Below are positions 14,601 to 29,600 of a stretch of 64,000 nucleotides of DNA, piece after piece; position 1 is the stretch's first letter; each line of letters starts with the position of its first letter. The position numbers were made by a program, and so were the translations under genes. The stretch is taken from assembly GCA_013239625.1 (NCBI GenBank), contig MU054323.1, positions 15,690,029 through 15,754,028 on the forward strand. The letters are read 5' to 3'. This DNA is from Lama guanicoe. Taxonomy: Eukaryota. The notes beneath the pieces were generated by a model. That model saw only the letters and a program-made list of their open reading frames with translations, was not told where the DNA came from and made no database searches.

Positions 14601-17600
14601 CAGGGAATTATGATGCCTCATGTAAGCACAAGGACTCAGAAGCTAAATATACTTCAAGAATATGGAGGGGAAAAAAGCTATATAACTGGGAGGGCTTCCT
14701 GAAGAAAGTGACACGCCTACAGTGCTTTCTGAAGGCTGAATAGGGACTGACCAGGCAAAAATGAGGAGAAAAGAGTGTTACCAGGAGAAAGAAAGAAGCA
14801 CGCCCAAGACCTGAAGAGTACAAAGAGCTGAGGAGTAGTTCAGTATGACTGAGATACAGAGTTGGACGCAAACATGTTGAGATAAGAGATGGAGAGGTAA
14901 GCAGGTATTAGATCGTGAAGAGCTTTGTTACTGTGTCCAGGACTCTGAACTCCATCGTGAGGACAGTGGGGAGTATCTCAGTGCAGGTTATCTAGGGGCA
15001 GTTAGCAGAAATCCAAGGCCAATATGCTTGAGCAAAAAAGGGAGAGTTTGGCAGGGCATGAGGTAGCTCGCAGAACCCAAGGCAGGAAGGGTAGCTGGAA
15101 CTCACTGGGACTGTACCCCACATAGAAAGACGTCCAGAATTGGTGCCTCTGCTTCTCTCTGGGTGTCTGCCACACTGTTCCCCTTCTCTCACCCTGTGTA
15201 GACCGTATCTCTCAGTCCTGATCCCAAATTCCTGGGAGACAGATTCTAATTGCATCAGCCTAGGCTGGGAGGGTTGTTGGCAGAGAAGAGTGGTTAGGGT
15301 TGTGTTAAGGAAATAAAAAAATGCTGCCAACAAAAACCCCTTTTTACCAACATATGAAGAGGGAAGAGAGAGCACACAATATATTAGTGAGTAAGCATGA
15401 CGGCTAGACCTGCATGTACTGGTAGGATGGAAGTATCTACCAAGTCTGGAGAGAATTTCAGACTAACGTATCCAGTGAAGTGGAAGATAGAACATTACAA
15501 CGTCTCCTAGCTCCTGGAGAGAGAAACACACACACCTCTTGAGTGTCTCTTGTACACCTGGAGACCCCCTGAGCTCCTTCTGGAGGTAAGCATTTATGGA
15601 TCCAAGGTTCTGGAGACCTTGCAGTCTCCAGGTGATGTTGATGCCTGGTAAAATTTGAGAACTGGTGGACCAGAAATACCCAAGATCATCAGGGCTGCTT
15701 ACAGATGTGAAGGTGAAATCATGGGTTCTCTTCAGTGCCCTCTGCCTCTTTTCTAGCCAGCCTTCAGTTTTCACCAGTGATTATTCAGGACTAAAAATCT
15801 TCACCACCCAGGGGTCTGAAGGTAAAATAAGAAGGAGGAGGTCATTTGAGAGTTTTGGTCGGCGGACAGTTTACTGACACCTGCCACACATGGAGCACTA
15901 CTTTCAGTTCTTGAGGATCTAGTGCCCGAGACATGGTGCCATGAGTTGGCAGAGCCAGATTTGAAACTCAGGTATGTGCAAGGCTCAACCCCAGATGCCT
16001 TCCTAATGACTCTTCCCAAGCTAGGCAGGATTTAGGAATGAAGTTGCCTGCAGGCAGATGAGGTGTTAAGATGCTCAAGGGCTGTCTGAAGACATGAAGT
16101 AGAAGAGATGCAGGGAAAGTGAGAAAAGGAGTAAACAGCATGAGCATCTTCCTTTGGCTTGGCCTGAGACCACCTGCCACACCAGGGCATCTACACGTAG
16201 GGTTATTGTTACTTCAGGTAATTGTCACTTTCTCTCTTCCCTACTTCCTTTTCCTTTTTCGTTTCTCTTCTTTCTCATCTCCTTTTCCTTCTTCTCTTTT
16301 TTTTTTTTTTTTTCGGTCTACCTGTGGCCCCCAGGGGCCCTTCAAGGTATTGCTCATCTCCACTGGAGGCTCTTTGGATCCAGAAGGTCATACATGTTGA
16401 AAATAATCCAGCATGGGGGTTTTACAAAAGGGAAAGCAAAGATGAAAAAAAGAAATGAGACTAGTTCTTCCAGCTCTCCTCCTCCCACCCATGTACAACT
16501 TTCATTCCAAACTGGTATTTTGCTCTCACGTACACAGTTGTATTGGGTATAATTTTATTCTGGCCCTTGGCTAATCACATCCTCTTAATTTCTACATCAA
16601 ATCAACTCTGACTCCAAACCGCCAATTGCCGAGGGCTGAGAAATTAAAATTCCATCATTACAGGGGCTTCTTCCCTCCCTGCTCCAGTCCGTAGGAGCCT
16701 TGTGTAATCTACAACATTCAGGGACAGCCCTCCCCCGCTCAGTGTCCAAGCCTGTGTTATTCCTGGAAGCTGAGCAGCTCCACTGTTTCCTGACTGGTGG
16801 GATCTCAGCAACTGTGGGGAAGCTTCATGCCTAAGGGTCCACCCCGAGGGCCCCACACCCAGAACTGCTCCAAAGTGATGCCCATCCAAGGCAGCTGCTA
16901 CGGAACAGGGCACGGCCCTTCCTGGGACCTACCTGCCCACTCCCGCCTTCCCAGTCTGGGAAGATCATTTTCTCTCCATTACTCTTTGGGCTGAGTGAGC
17001 CCAATCCCCTCAAACAAGGAGGATTCAGAGAGACCAATTCCTAAAGCCTTGAGGAAGAGTCACCAGGCAACACTGCTCTCTCTCTTGCAAACTTGAGATA
17101 GGAGAACACAAAAGTCTGACTGCCTTCTTACAATAGTAAGGGGTAAAAATACAATGAGAAGCAGCAGAAGTTAATATCTTAGCAAATTAATCTGCTATAT
17201 AGGGCAGGATGAAGTTTACTGTACTGTACAAAATGAGAGTTTTACCAAGTGTATTTGCAGAGGTGACTTTTTCAAGGCTCTCATTTTCTTGCTGTGTTTT
17301 GGAGCCATAGATCCAACCTAATCCACAGGCACCTCACTGGTATTTTTAGTCAGCATAAAACTACTCAGTTTCTAACAAATGACTGAAATGGGATTGCATT
17401 TTACTTAATCGTTGAAGGACACAAATAATTGAAAGGTTTAGGTATGTTCATAAACTCTTCCCCTAAGGCAGTCAAGATACCTTATGAATTTTATGGATTA
17501 ACTTCATTTATGTGTAGATTCCACACTCCAAAAAGAACTGCTCTTCAAAAAAGAATAAAGCTGGAGGGAAAAACCCTCCCAGACTTCAGACAATACTATG

Positions 17601-20600
17601 GAGCTACAGTAATCAAAACAGCATGGTACTGGTATAAAAACAGACATGTGGGTCAATGGAACAGAATAGAGAGCCCAGAAACCCACAGACCTACAGTCAA
17701 CTAATCTTCAACAAAGGAGGCAAGAGTATACAATGAAGAAAAGACAGTCTCTTTGTCAAGTCAAGTGGTGTTGGGAAAGCTGGATAGCAGCATGTAAATC
17801 AATGAAGTTAGAACACTCCCTCACACCATACACAAAAATAAACTCAAAATGGCTTAAAGACTTAAATATAAAACAAGACACTATAAACCTCCTAGAAGAA
17901 AACATAGGCAAACCATTCCCTGACATAAATCTTAGCAATGTTCTGCTCGCGCAGTCTACCCAGGCAACATAAATAAAAGCAAAAATGAACAAATGAGACC
18001 TAATTAAACTTATAAGCTTTTGCACAGCAAAGGAAACCACAGGCAAAGCAAAACAACCACCTACGGAATGGGAGAAAATATTTGCAAATGATGTGACTGA
18101 CAAAGGCTTAATTTCCAGAATACATAAACAGCTTATAGAACTTAATGACAATAACAACAAAAAAACCCCAATCCTAAAATGGGCAGAAGACCTAAATAAG
18201 CAATTCTCCAATGAAGACATATGAATAGCCAATAGGCACATGAGAAAATGCTCAGTATCACTAATTATCAGAGAAATGGAAATCAAAACTACAATGAAAT
18301 ATCACCTCACACCAGTCAGAATGGCCATCATTCAAAAGTCCACAAACAACAAGTGCTAAGGAGGGTGTGGAGAAAAGGGAACCCTCCTACACTGTTGGTG
18401 AGAATGTAGTTTGGTGCAACCATTATGGAAAACAGTATGAAGATTCCTCAACAGACTAAAAATAGACTTGCCATATGATCCAGCAATCCCACTCTTGGGC
18501 ATATATCCTGAGAGAACTCTAATATGAAAAGATACATGCACCCCAATGTTCATAGCAGCACTATTTACAATAGTCAAGACATGGAAGCAACCTAAATGTC
18601 CATTGACAGATGACTGGAGAAAGAAGATGTGGTATATTTATATATGGAATACTACTCAGTCATAAAAAACAAAATTATGCCATTTGCAGCAACATAGATT
18701 GACCTTGAGATCATCATTCTAAGTGAAGTAAGCCAGGAAGAAAAATAAAAATACGATATATCACTTATATGTGGAATCTAAAAAGAAAAAGAAAAAAGAG
18801 GACATTAATGAACTCATCTACAAAACAGAAACAGACTTGCAGACATAGTAAACAATCTTATGGTTACTGGGAGAGGATGTGGGAAGGGATAACTTTGGGA
18901 GTTTGAGATTTGCAAATATTAACCACTATATATAAAAATAGACAACAAATTTCTTCTGTATAGTGCAGGAAACTATATTCAATACCTTATAATAATCTTT
19001 AATGAAAAAGAATATTAAATATATGCATATATATGCATGACTGGGACATTACGCTATAAAACAGAAATTAGCACATTGTAACTGACTATACTGTAATAAA
19101 AAAAAAAGGCCTACTCTTCAACTCATGAGCCTTTCAGCCCATACTGTAATAAACACATCATCTGTTTCCCCATAAATTGTGTCCACCAACAACTCTAGAA
19201 CAATTCCTGCTTGGCAGAATGTCTGTGCTGAGAGAGAAAAACTTTTAAGTTGGAAAATCTCAGTAGCTTTTCTCCATGTAAGGAAGCCCCAGAAGAGCTC
19301 CAGGAGCAATGGCCTTAATTCACAGCGGGGTCAGAGGAGCTAGTGTTAATGCAGGTGAGAGCCGTGATGATTAATTCCAAATCATCCTGCGAAGTCTCTG
19401 ACTTCAGTGAGCACCTGCTCTTGTATAAAGTGAAATAAAATCATGCAAGGGAAAGCCTTCCTGGACCCAGCTCCCATAGCCAACACACATAAAAAGCTAG
19501 CCTGGATGGCTCCTGTGTGTGCTGCCCTTCCTCTACTGTCTACTTGCTGCACGTTGTCATAAGAGCTCTTTTGTACAGTCTGTCTTCTCAACTAGACCAA
19601 AAGTACCATGAAGACATAACTAGTGCTCATTAAGTATTTGTTGGGTGGATGGACAAACACAATAAAACAAAACACTGTAAAATAAAGCGAACTGTGATAA
19701 ATGTTGTACAAGAATCACAAGGGATCTACAGTAGGACTCAGACTGGATTCTTGAAGGAGCATTTAAGGTAGGACATGAAAAATAAGTAGAATTTTACAGG
19801 CAGAGGTAGGTGAGAGGGCTTTCCAGGTGGACTAAGCTCAGATACCACGGGGAAGGTGGGGTCTGGAAACCCTGCGAGGCATGACCGGTTTTATGCGTGG
19901 GGGAGTCATGGGAGATGCAGCTGGAAAGTGGGTAAGGACCAGGCAATGCCAGTTCGAGCAGCTTTGTTCTTTGCCTTTCTTTAGAGGGTGGGAAACACTG
20001 AGAGTTTTCTGAGCAGGAAATCTACATGAGGAAGACAAAAATCAGCCACATAAACAACAGCAAAATATTTCCCACAGGCACTGAAGCCACATTCTGAAAT
20101 GGTTCCATTACATTAGAGTCTGTTGCAATTGTCTTAACTTGGGGTGAAATGCACAACCTTTAATTCACATTTACTTCTCTCCAATAAGCTAAACTCAATA
20201 CCTTGTAAGGCATGAAAGGATTTTTGCAATCAACCTTGAAAGGGTGGATATTTCCCAGAGGTACTGCCTCAGCATGAAGAGGTAATTGTTCTGGGACTTG
20301 GTTATTTAGTGCATTGGATACTGATGAAAATACAGTTCTGTGATTGTAGGATTTGGGTATAACACGCACACAGTGTCTTCAGTAGGCTGACATGCTGTTA
20401 GCTGTAGCAACTTGTAAGTAACCCCCAGTGTTTGCTTGCTCCCTGGGTACTTGGTACCAACACCAGTGTGTTCTCCACACAGACTGGTGTGTGTGTCCTT
20501 TCTCAGACTGTGAAAAAAGAAGAGAATTAGCTCTCTAGCCTTCCTTCTGGTATGTAGGTGAGAGGGGAGACAGATTTTCTCTGTGTTGCAGATTTTTAGT

Positions 20601-23600
20601 TGAATAAACTCTCCATGGCAATTATGACAAACAGGAAAACAGTGCAAGGAAAACTGTGCTAGAAGATTTGCCTTGCAGGAGTTTGGGATAAATACCCGGA
20701 TATACACAGGCGCATGCACACACGCAAATACACACAACCTGTTTGCAAGATATCTTGTATTAACCCGCTAGTGGTTGTCAGTGGTCTTCAAGTTCAGAAA
20801 CACCCTGTAGGATTAGAGAGGGGAAGCAACAATTTAACTCCTCTCCGGCAATGGAAGAAGCAACCAGGTGGAGCTGGCAAAGCTTTGGGTCTAGAGCCAC
20901 AGAGTTCAAGTTCAGGTCCTGACTGTGCCTCTTACTTGGGACCTGAGCTTGAGCAAGTCAGCTTACCCCTCTGGAAAATGAGGACAATATGCCTCTCAGG
21001 GTTTTGTGGGAGTCAAGTGGAAAAAATGCACATTAGAGTCCTTTGTAAATTGAAAGTAGGTTGTTTTTAGAGGCAGATGACCAAAAGCTGTGTTGCCACA
21101 GGTAAATTAAGCTCTGTTAGTCAATCACTCCTTCATCATTGTCCTTCTGTGGCGTGTGGATAAAGGTTATTTTCTCAAGCCTGGCAAAAACACTGATTAG
21201 AAGGACCTACCTTTACAGACTTTTTGATGTGCTTAAAGCTTGAGCTCGGAATGATCCTTTACTAAGTTTGTCTTCATAAACTCTCCATCACACCTCCTAG
21301 GTTTCTCTCAAAATATATTTGTTTGATATAGTTTTCTTGAGAAATCTTTTATGACCAAGATTTTTATGAAATTATTTAAATTTAATGCCATTTGCAGCAA
21401 CATGGATGGACCTAGAGATTATCATACTAAGTGAGGTCTGACAGAGAAAGACAAATATCATATATCAGTTATGTGTGGAATCTAAAAAATTACACAAATG
21501 AACTTATTTACAACACAGAGACAAACTCACAGAAAAAAAAACAAAGGGGGAAGGATAAATTAGGAGTTTGGTATTAGCAGATACAAACTACTGTATATAA
21601 AATAGATAAACAACAAGGTCCTACTCTATAGCACAGGGAACTATACTGAACATCTTGTAATAACCTATAATGTAAAAGAATATGAAAGAGAATACATATA
21701 TATATGTATAACTGAATCATCATGCTGTACACCAGAAACTAATACAACATTATAAAGCAATTATACTTCAATAAAACAATTTTTTTGGAATTTTTTCCTT
21801 AAGGCAGCAGAAAGGTATTAATAGCTTTTGACCAAAGATTCAATGTGGTCAAAGACAGTTTAAGAAAAATGGAAAAGAATGCTTTGCAAAAGAATTCGCT
21901 ACAAAGGAAGAATTAACATGATCGGGTCACTGGTGTCAGGATCAAGGAGAAGGCAGTCATCATCTTCAAATTCTATTTAACGGTCATTTTGTTTCGTTAA
22001 ATTAACATTTTTGTGTAACTTTCTTAAAAATGGGATTTTACTCTAGTTGAACATCGCAGTCCAACAAAATTAAGTTTCATATCAAAACTGTTTATGCATA
22101 AGTGCTTTTATGTTATAACAATTCTTTCTCATTAGCAACCAGGAGGCAAACGTACAATGGCTTTCTCTAACTGATTAGGAAATTTGTCTTTCTGAAGCAA
22201 CATGGCTTGCCTGGGATTACTGAAAAGATGAATGGAAAATCAGAAGCAGAGTATACAGTCTGATTTGGTCTGCTACATCATTGCTTTACTGTATGTGACA
22301 TTACCCACTAGTCACTGTTATTAGATCAGGAAGGAGATGACTCAGAAACAGAAATGTTTCTTAGAGTAGAAATATTCGCAGTTCTGCTTCTAAGATTCCA
22401 ATGTTGCATGAAAAGAATGGCTCAGACAGTACCAGTTTTGCTCAGAAACCCCATCAGTACAGCAAACACATGACCTCAGTGAGCAGCATCTAAATGTTAT
22501 CCTTTAGTTCTAACCAGCTGGGTTGCAAATGGTTCTCTTTTCCCTGAGGCTCGTGCCAAAGGCCTCTGGGAAGGAATCCTTGGCAGATTCTGAGATGCTC
22601 TAATGTGAGCTCTGTCAAGAAAATGGTAACAGCCGTGAGAAGGCAAGGTGACCTGAAGGAATCATTTGAGGTGGAAGCAGAGCAGGTGGCCAAGGAGCTC
22701 GGTGCAGAGTATCCACTCAGGCAGCTTTGCGCTCCCCCAGGATCTCTGTGACTTTAGCCCAAGGTTCCCTCACTTCCACCAACAAAGGTCCACCCCGGAA
22801 GGACTGCAAAAAGGCTCTCTTCTTGCTTTCTCCAAATGCTCCTTGGAGTAAACTTTTTTATGACTTCTAAGTTCTCCCCGGAATTAATCGTGGGGATGCC
22901 GCATTCCCCATCCCTCAAGTCTCTGGGTATTTGCCAAATAATTGTTTTCCTGCTTCCTTCAGACCTGAGATGGACACTTCTTGTGCCGCCTTAAATTTAA
23001 CTTGCCCTCTTAAGGCAGTCTTATTGCTGCACTTTTGAGATGAAACCCAGAGAGAGATGAAAATGAACCTAAGCAATGGAGGAGAGAGAAAAGGAAAACC
23101 TAAGATGTAAGATGGACTAGTTGAAAAGAACTCAGATGAAATGTAAAGATAGATCATTTCATTTGGGCCTTAGGTGAATGGATGGATGATTCTTGGAAGG
23201 TTACAAGAAAACAGACTACTTCACAAATAGCTGGGGAAATACTGTAAAGAAATAAACCGTGGTTTCCATATACTCAAAGAGCAGCCAAAAAGATGCAGAT
23301 GATTGCTTCTTGCCGGCTGGGTTTAGATATTATACTTTCAAACGATTTTGGCAATTACTCTGAAATTTTAATTAGCTCACTTTCTCCAGTTTAATTTTCT
23401 GTATAAATCGAACAGATATTTGACCTTTAGCCACACTTGGTCACTGCACCCTGTTCTTCCAAAGTGCCTGAGCATATGCGCTTGATTTCATTTTACCCCC
23501 TGGGGGACCAGTTAATTCACCAATTTTTCTAATCCAGTTGGGTGCTGATAAAGCAAATCTTATTTAAGGGACTTTCCAGGTCTTTGTAAAAACAAGACAA

Positions 23601-26600
23601 AACAAACAGATGAAAACAAATGCCCCCTACAAGAAGGGGCAGGGTAGGGGAGAGTTGATTAGCAGGAGGCAAAAGAATCCTGTGTGAGACTTTTCCCTTT
23701 GTCTTTTTAAACCATCTATTTCATGGAAAAATCCTACTGCACCTATCTTGAATAAGTTCAGTCATTCTATGACACTCACACAATAAGCTTCTAGATATAT
23801 CCTTGTTTACAACTCCAGAAGAGTTGGGTTGGCAATCCAAAATTTCACAGTGATCCAAAATCTCAGGATGCCAAAGTCATGAGCAGATTGAATCCCAGGT
23901 CACAGAACTTGTCGCTTTCTATTTCATATAACTAAGAGCCAAGAAGGAATGCTTTCATTTTCTTTACATATAAGGGAGGAGATGCATTCGGGAGTGGGGC
24001 AGTGATCTGTGGAAGGGAGGAGAGCTGAATGCATTGAGTTACACCCAGTGATCCAACAACGACCTAATTTAAGGAGAGACTACATCGGCGTCTGCAGCCC
24101 CAGAATTGCCTTTTTAAAAACAATCCTCTAAGACTCAAAATAGTCAACGCAGCCTTGAGTACCAGGGTTTAAGAGAATGAAAGATAAAAAGAAAATAACT
24201 TTGGAGAGGAAGCAGCCTGTGGTGGGGAGAATGAAACCACAAAACTGTTTTAAGCACAGTGCTCCCCTTCTTAATGTAGACCGCAAATTGTTTTAGCCTG
24301 TGATCACACTCAGCCCCCAGGCTCCCAGGAGAAGGAGTTCCATGCTGGCCCAGCCTTGAGTGGCCAAGATCGTCTGGGAGGGGCGTTTAGGAAAAGAGCA
24401 GGAGTTCTGACTTCAGTTCTCTCTCCAGTCTGAATGCAATGCAACTCTGTTCCATTCAGACACACAAGGGTTAAAAAAAAAGTATGTGTTTTGGATACAG
24501 CTGGAAGCCATTAACAACTCTGAGACCATCTCAATAACCCAGTTAGAGGATGGGTGGCCTGGCAGAGATCCCGATTCCACGTGTGTAATCACAGACTCTT
24601 ACCACCGGGCGGGGCTTTCTTTCTACCTCCTACCCGATGGCAAAATCCCCTCTTCCACTGTTCAGTGCTTGCTACTTCCAGCCCATTCCTTCAAGGGCAG
24701 CTTCAACTACTAGCAAGCTCTTGGCAAAATCTGCCTCCATAGAAAATCTCCCCTTTAGTTCTAGCTCTGTCCTCTGCTGTCAGAGCACATGACAGCCCTA
24801 CTTTTGAAGACAGCTATCACTTGCCTCCAAATTCTCACCTTCTCATTGATAAACACCCCATTTCTTCCAAGCAGCCCTCACATCTGGTGGTTTTCAGATC
24901 CCTCCCAAGCCTGCTTACTCTTTGAACTGTGCTTATGTTTCAGAGTCCCTTCTAAAGAATACACTCCCATCTTGTCCTCGGATCTAGGACCCATCCTCTA
25001 GGACCAAGACAGAAGATCACCTTCATGACCTATCTTCCCCATCCAAGAACCTTCCAACAAGTCTCACCTTCCGCACAGAACACAAGCACCCCAGCCTCCT
25101 TCACCCGGCCCGGCCACCATCACTCCTGCCACCCCCCCACCTCCCCCACCCCCCGCCATTCCCATCTCCATGCTCCCAGCAGCCCCAGCACTGGGGCTCT
25201 GCTGCCACAGACCCACCCGCCTTGTCCCAGCCAGTCCCGACCCCAAGACCCATCCCTTCCAGAAGTACCTTTCCTTCCTCCTGTAAAGTTTTCTGAGAGC
25301 TTCCTCTTCCCCTGGGCTAGCTCCAGAGCATCTGAAAAACCAGGATTCAAGCTGTTATTTCTGGCCACTGGCGGTGGGTCTTTTCCCAGAGTTCTCTTCT
25401 TCAATTAATTAATTGCCTGAATCAGCACAGCAATGAGCCTCTGGTTCTCACTCTCAGCAGGTAAATGCAATGGACGGTGATTGCTCTTTTGGTCTGAGGA
25501 ATGCCCTGAATTACCTCTTTGCTTTCATTATATGGAGGCAAATCCAGGGTCAGCCCAGGCTCTGGCTTTTAGAGATTAAGTAAATGAACAGTTATGACCT
25601 AACAGTCACCCCATATATAAGCTGATACCACAAGGTGTAATTTTGACCTCATTTTGCATTCCCAGCTGTGCCTCAGATCAACTGTGATGTGAAAGCTGGA
25701 AAGATAATCAACCCCGAGTTCATTGTGAAATGTCCAGCAGGATGCCAAGACCCCAGGTACCACGTTTATGGCACTGACGTCTACGCGTCCTACTCCAGCG
25801 TGTGTGGTGCTGCGGTTCACAGGTGGGTAGCTTGGAGCTACTTAAGAACTAGCAATCAGGGTGTGGGCAGGGAGCCCCCAGTGCAGGGCTGCCTGATTAG
25901 CGAGCAAAAACATACAAATTTAACTGAGCATCCTGAATTTTATTTGGCAACCCTGTCCCATGGGATGACCCAGAATCTGTGCATGGTCCTGGATCTCCCT
26001 TCAGATCTCTCTCAGACTCCTCTGTACACCTTAATGGGGAGGAGAGGAGAACCCTACTCTTTCATGTTCATGACAAGGAAACCAAAGTTCTTGATAATGT
26101 AAAACATTTTTTCCTTGCTTGTAAGTGCTGAGCAAGGAAATAATAGGGATATGACTAAGACAGCCCCAGAAGTTTAGAGAAGAAATATCACTGCTCTGGT
26201 TGATGGCCTGGAGACAAATGGGAACAGGAAAGGTGAGAAGGAGAGTGACAGATGGTCCTACCTGGTCAGCTGTTAGTTTAGGATCCAGGAAGGGGGACAG
26301 GAAACATGACATGCTTTGGACTATGCCATTGCCTAAATGGGGAGAAGCAAAAGTGACCTTCACAGAATCTTTATGCCTCTTTTGCTGAGGCTTGGAGTCA
26401 AAACACAGGGAAATGCATGCTTACTTAATATCCTTGGTAGTAAGGCTAATGTGTCAAGCACTTTACCTGCGTTATCTAACTCAGCCCTCACAGGTTCCCT
26501 GTGGGGTATCTACCACCATTACCCACCTGTTAAAGGTGAAGAGTGGTTGAATAGCCTTTCTGAAGTCATGTTACAAGAATCACAGGGGGGATTCGAACCC

Positions 26601-29600
26601 TATTCTGGCCTCTGCGCTTCTAACCACCATGCAGCACTGCTCTGAGACTTGCTCAAAGTCTATGCTTGGCTGCTGGATACTGGATGAAGTTTCTTAATTA
26701 TTCAGGCCTCTGGTATCTTTTTCCTTTTCTTTACTTGCATTTTGGTCACTTGATTATCTTAAGAGAAAACAGATAGGAATTTTGGGTACTACCAGTTCTG
26801 TGTTTCACAAACAGAACAAGCCTGTTTTCAGAAGGCAGGATTTCAGACAGAGAACATGAGTAGAAAGTGTGTGAGGGACCTTCCATTACTGTCCTGCCAG
26901 AGTCCCCCACTGTCAGAACCGGGAAACTGGAGAGAGCACGATTTGGTTTAGAAGTTCAATACTGAGTTTAAAGGATTTAATTTTCATACAATGGATGATA
27001 ACCAGATGCCTATTATGAGTGATCCACTTGATTCCTTCAAGCCAAAGGGATAATGAACATATTTAAGGCATATTTTGGCCCCGTCTTGTCCTGAACTAAT
27101 TTCTGTATTTAAAGTGGGACCAAGGCCTGGGGAGGAGGGACAGTTCTCCGAGATGGGACGACAGAGTCCATCCCATGCAGAGCACTCTTCATGCTGATTT
27201 CTGACCAGACCCACCTTGAGAATGGCAGTCCCAGAGAAGGGAGGGCGGGGTTGTGAAGACGTGCGAGAGAGCTGAGGACTCGGTGTTGGGAGTTGCCTGT
27301 GGCTTTTGAACCCTGAGAGGCAACTGTGACCCAGTGGGACAAACCCAGGATTCCAGGTCACCTGGAAGCTGGTTTCAAGTCCCTGCCTTGCAATTTAGAA
27401 GTTACAGAATCTGGACTGAGTCCCCCAGCCTGCCTAGGCCTGTTTCTGTGAAGTGGGAGTAAGAGTGTTCCCTCCACCCTACAGCCAGGAGGTCTGCTGG
27501 GGGAGCCCAGTGAGATGCTGTTAGTGGGAATGATTGTAAAGTGATGAAGTGCTTTTTTTGTCGAGTCTTATTATCATTTCTCTCCTTCTGAGTTGTTGGG
27601 AAGTTGAGGGTTGAAGATTGTTGGCTCACCATGAAGCTGGGAGAGCAGGAAATGGCAACACTCATTCCTGCAGGGCAGGAAGGGTATTGATGGGAACGAT
27701 CTAAGGACTTTTTCAGCTCAGCTGTGCTGTCAATTCCAGACACCCAAAGGAGCCGTGTTAGGCTCTGGGGGCAAGGAGACGGAATATTGGAGCCTTCACA
27801 TAGAAGTGAAGAGGTAGATGTGTCAGTTACTGTCACATCTGGATCTAAGACCGTCAACATCCTAGAAATTAAAGAAAGAATTTCCACCCTTTGAGGACTC
27901 TTTTTAATGAGTTTAGTTTAGCTGCCCACCTTCCTTCCCTGGCCCAAAATAAAAGGAATAATTTGCTTTTTTAAATGTCACACCACCCTTTGAAATAACT
28001 GGAAATATTCTGTGATGTCAAAAATCCAAATTGAAACTGGTCAAGAAAGAGGTTTTACTTCAAAGAACTAGTGGCAATGAAGAAACCAAGGAAAGGAAAT
28101 CTGAGGCATGATCAGGTCCTGTGATATGAAAGAGGAGGACATCGACCTGGGAGGTCTGATGCCAGGCCACCTGATGGCGGCGCCGTTCTTGGGGGCTGGG
28201 CTGCAGATCAAGGCAAACGTTTTCTTACACTCCCCACTTTCCTATCTCTCAAAGATGGTGGCCGGTTTCATAGCCAGTTGATCTGTCAAACAGTAGTTTT
28301 CTGTTTTTTCTTCAAAAAACTTTTTCTCTTCACAGTGGTGTGCTTGATAACTCAGGAGGGAAAATACTTGTTCAGAAAGTTGCTGGACAGTCTAGCTATA
28401 AAGGGAGTTACTCCAATGGTGTCCGGTCATTATCCCTTCCACGATGGAGAGAGTCCTTTGTCGTCTCAGGTATGCTCACACCCTGGAGAGCCGCTGCCCT
28501 GCAACCGGCACTTGGGTTAAGGGACATCACGGGATGAAATGTGCTCTTTTCAATGTGCTGTTAGTTTTAGTTTATAGCCTGCCTCATTTCATAAAAGCCT
28601 GAAGCATTCATTCTTCTGATAATTAGGATCATGAAACAATGAATTATAATTACAGTGATAAATCACTACAAAGTCTGGAAATATTAAAAAGCTCCAATCA
28701 CTCATTTTAAATGCACGGCAGCTATCGGTAAGTCCAATCAAACTTTTAATTAAGTGAATTACATTTAATTACTTGGGTTTTTGAACTACTCCTTTAGTTA
28801 TGCCAAATGTGCCTCGTATCTGGAAGCTTATCCCTTGAGCATTCTGGTAAATGAATAGATGGGGACAGGCTGTTAGAGAACTGAGCTACAATTTTATTTG
28901 AGATTCCTTTTTTTAAATTAATTGTTTCACTGTTCAGTCAGTTCTCATTACCTGGCTCCATAGGATTTTATAGATAATCATTTTCACTCTTTTTTTTTTT
29001 TTGCCCTCTTCCAAAGAGGTAATGTCAATGAGCTAAGGGACAAGTGTGATTTCACAGTAAAAAGGTAACCAAGTATCTGCACCATCATGACCTGTCTGCT
29101 TCCCTCTTTTTATTTCTGTGAATTTCCTGAACCTAACCTTTTATTTTGGAAACTTCTAAATTTACAGAAAAATTAAAAGAACAGTACAATGAATAGCCAT
29201 ATTCCCTTTACCCAGATTCACCAACTGTTAATATTTTGTAACATTTGCTTTATCTATCTATCTACCTATCTATCCATCTATCTATATTTTGTTTGAATGT
29301 GTGAAAATAAGCTGCGGGCATGATGACACTTTATCCCTCAATACTTCAGCTTACATCTGGTGAGAACAAAAACACTTTCCTAAATAACCAGAATACCAAT
29401 ACCACACCTAGAAAAATTAACATTGATACAACAATATTAAGAAATAAGAAATACTTCATATTCAACTGTATCCAACTATCCCCAAAATATTCCTCAGAGT
29501 AATCTCTTCTTTTTCTTCTTCTTCTTCTTTTTTTGGATCTACAGTCCAATCAAAGATCATCCATTGCATTTACTTTCATGTCTATTTAGCCTCCTTTAAT

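Noticed and set aside
9959..18577. ORFs at 9959-11236 and 17429-18577 as genes
   Set aside because: They are sense or antisense fragments of 5'-truncated L1 ORF2 broken by stops and frameshifts.
24428..24461. Hairpin gtctgaatg...cattcagac (also tcccgcg...cgcggga at 47515-47539)
   Set aside because: The stems are too short for a pre-miRNA or MITE, and stems of this size can occur by chance in 64 kb.
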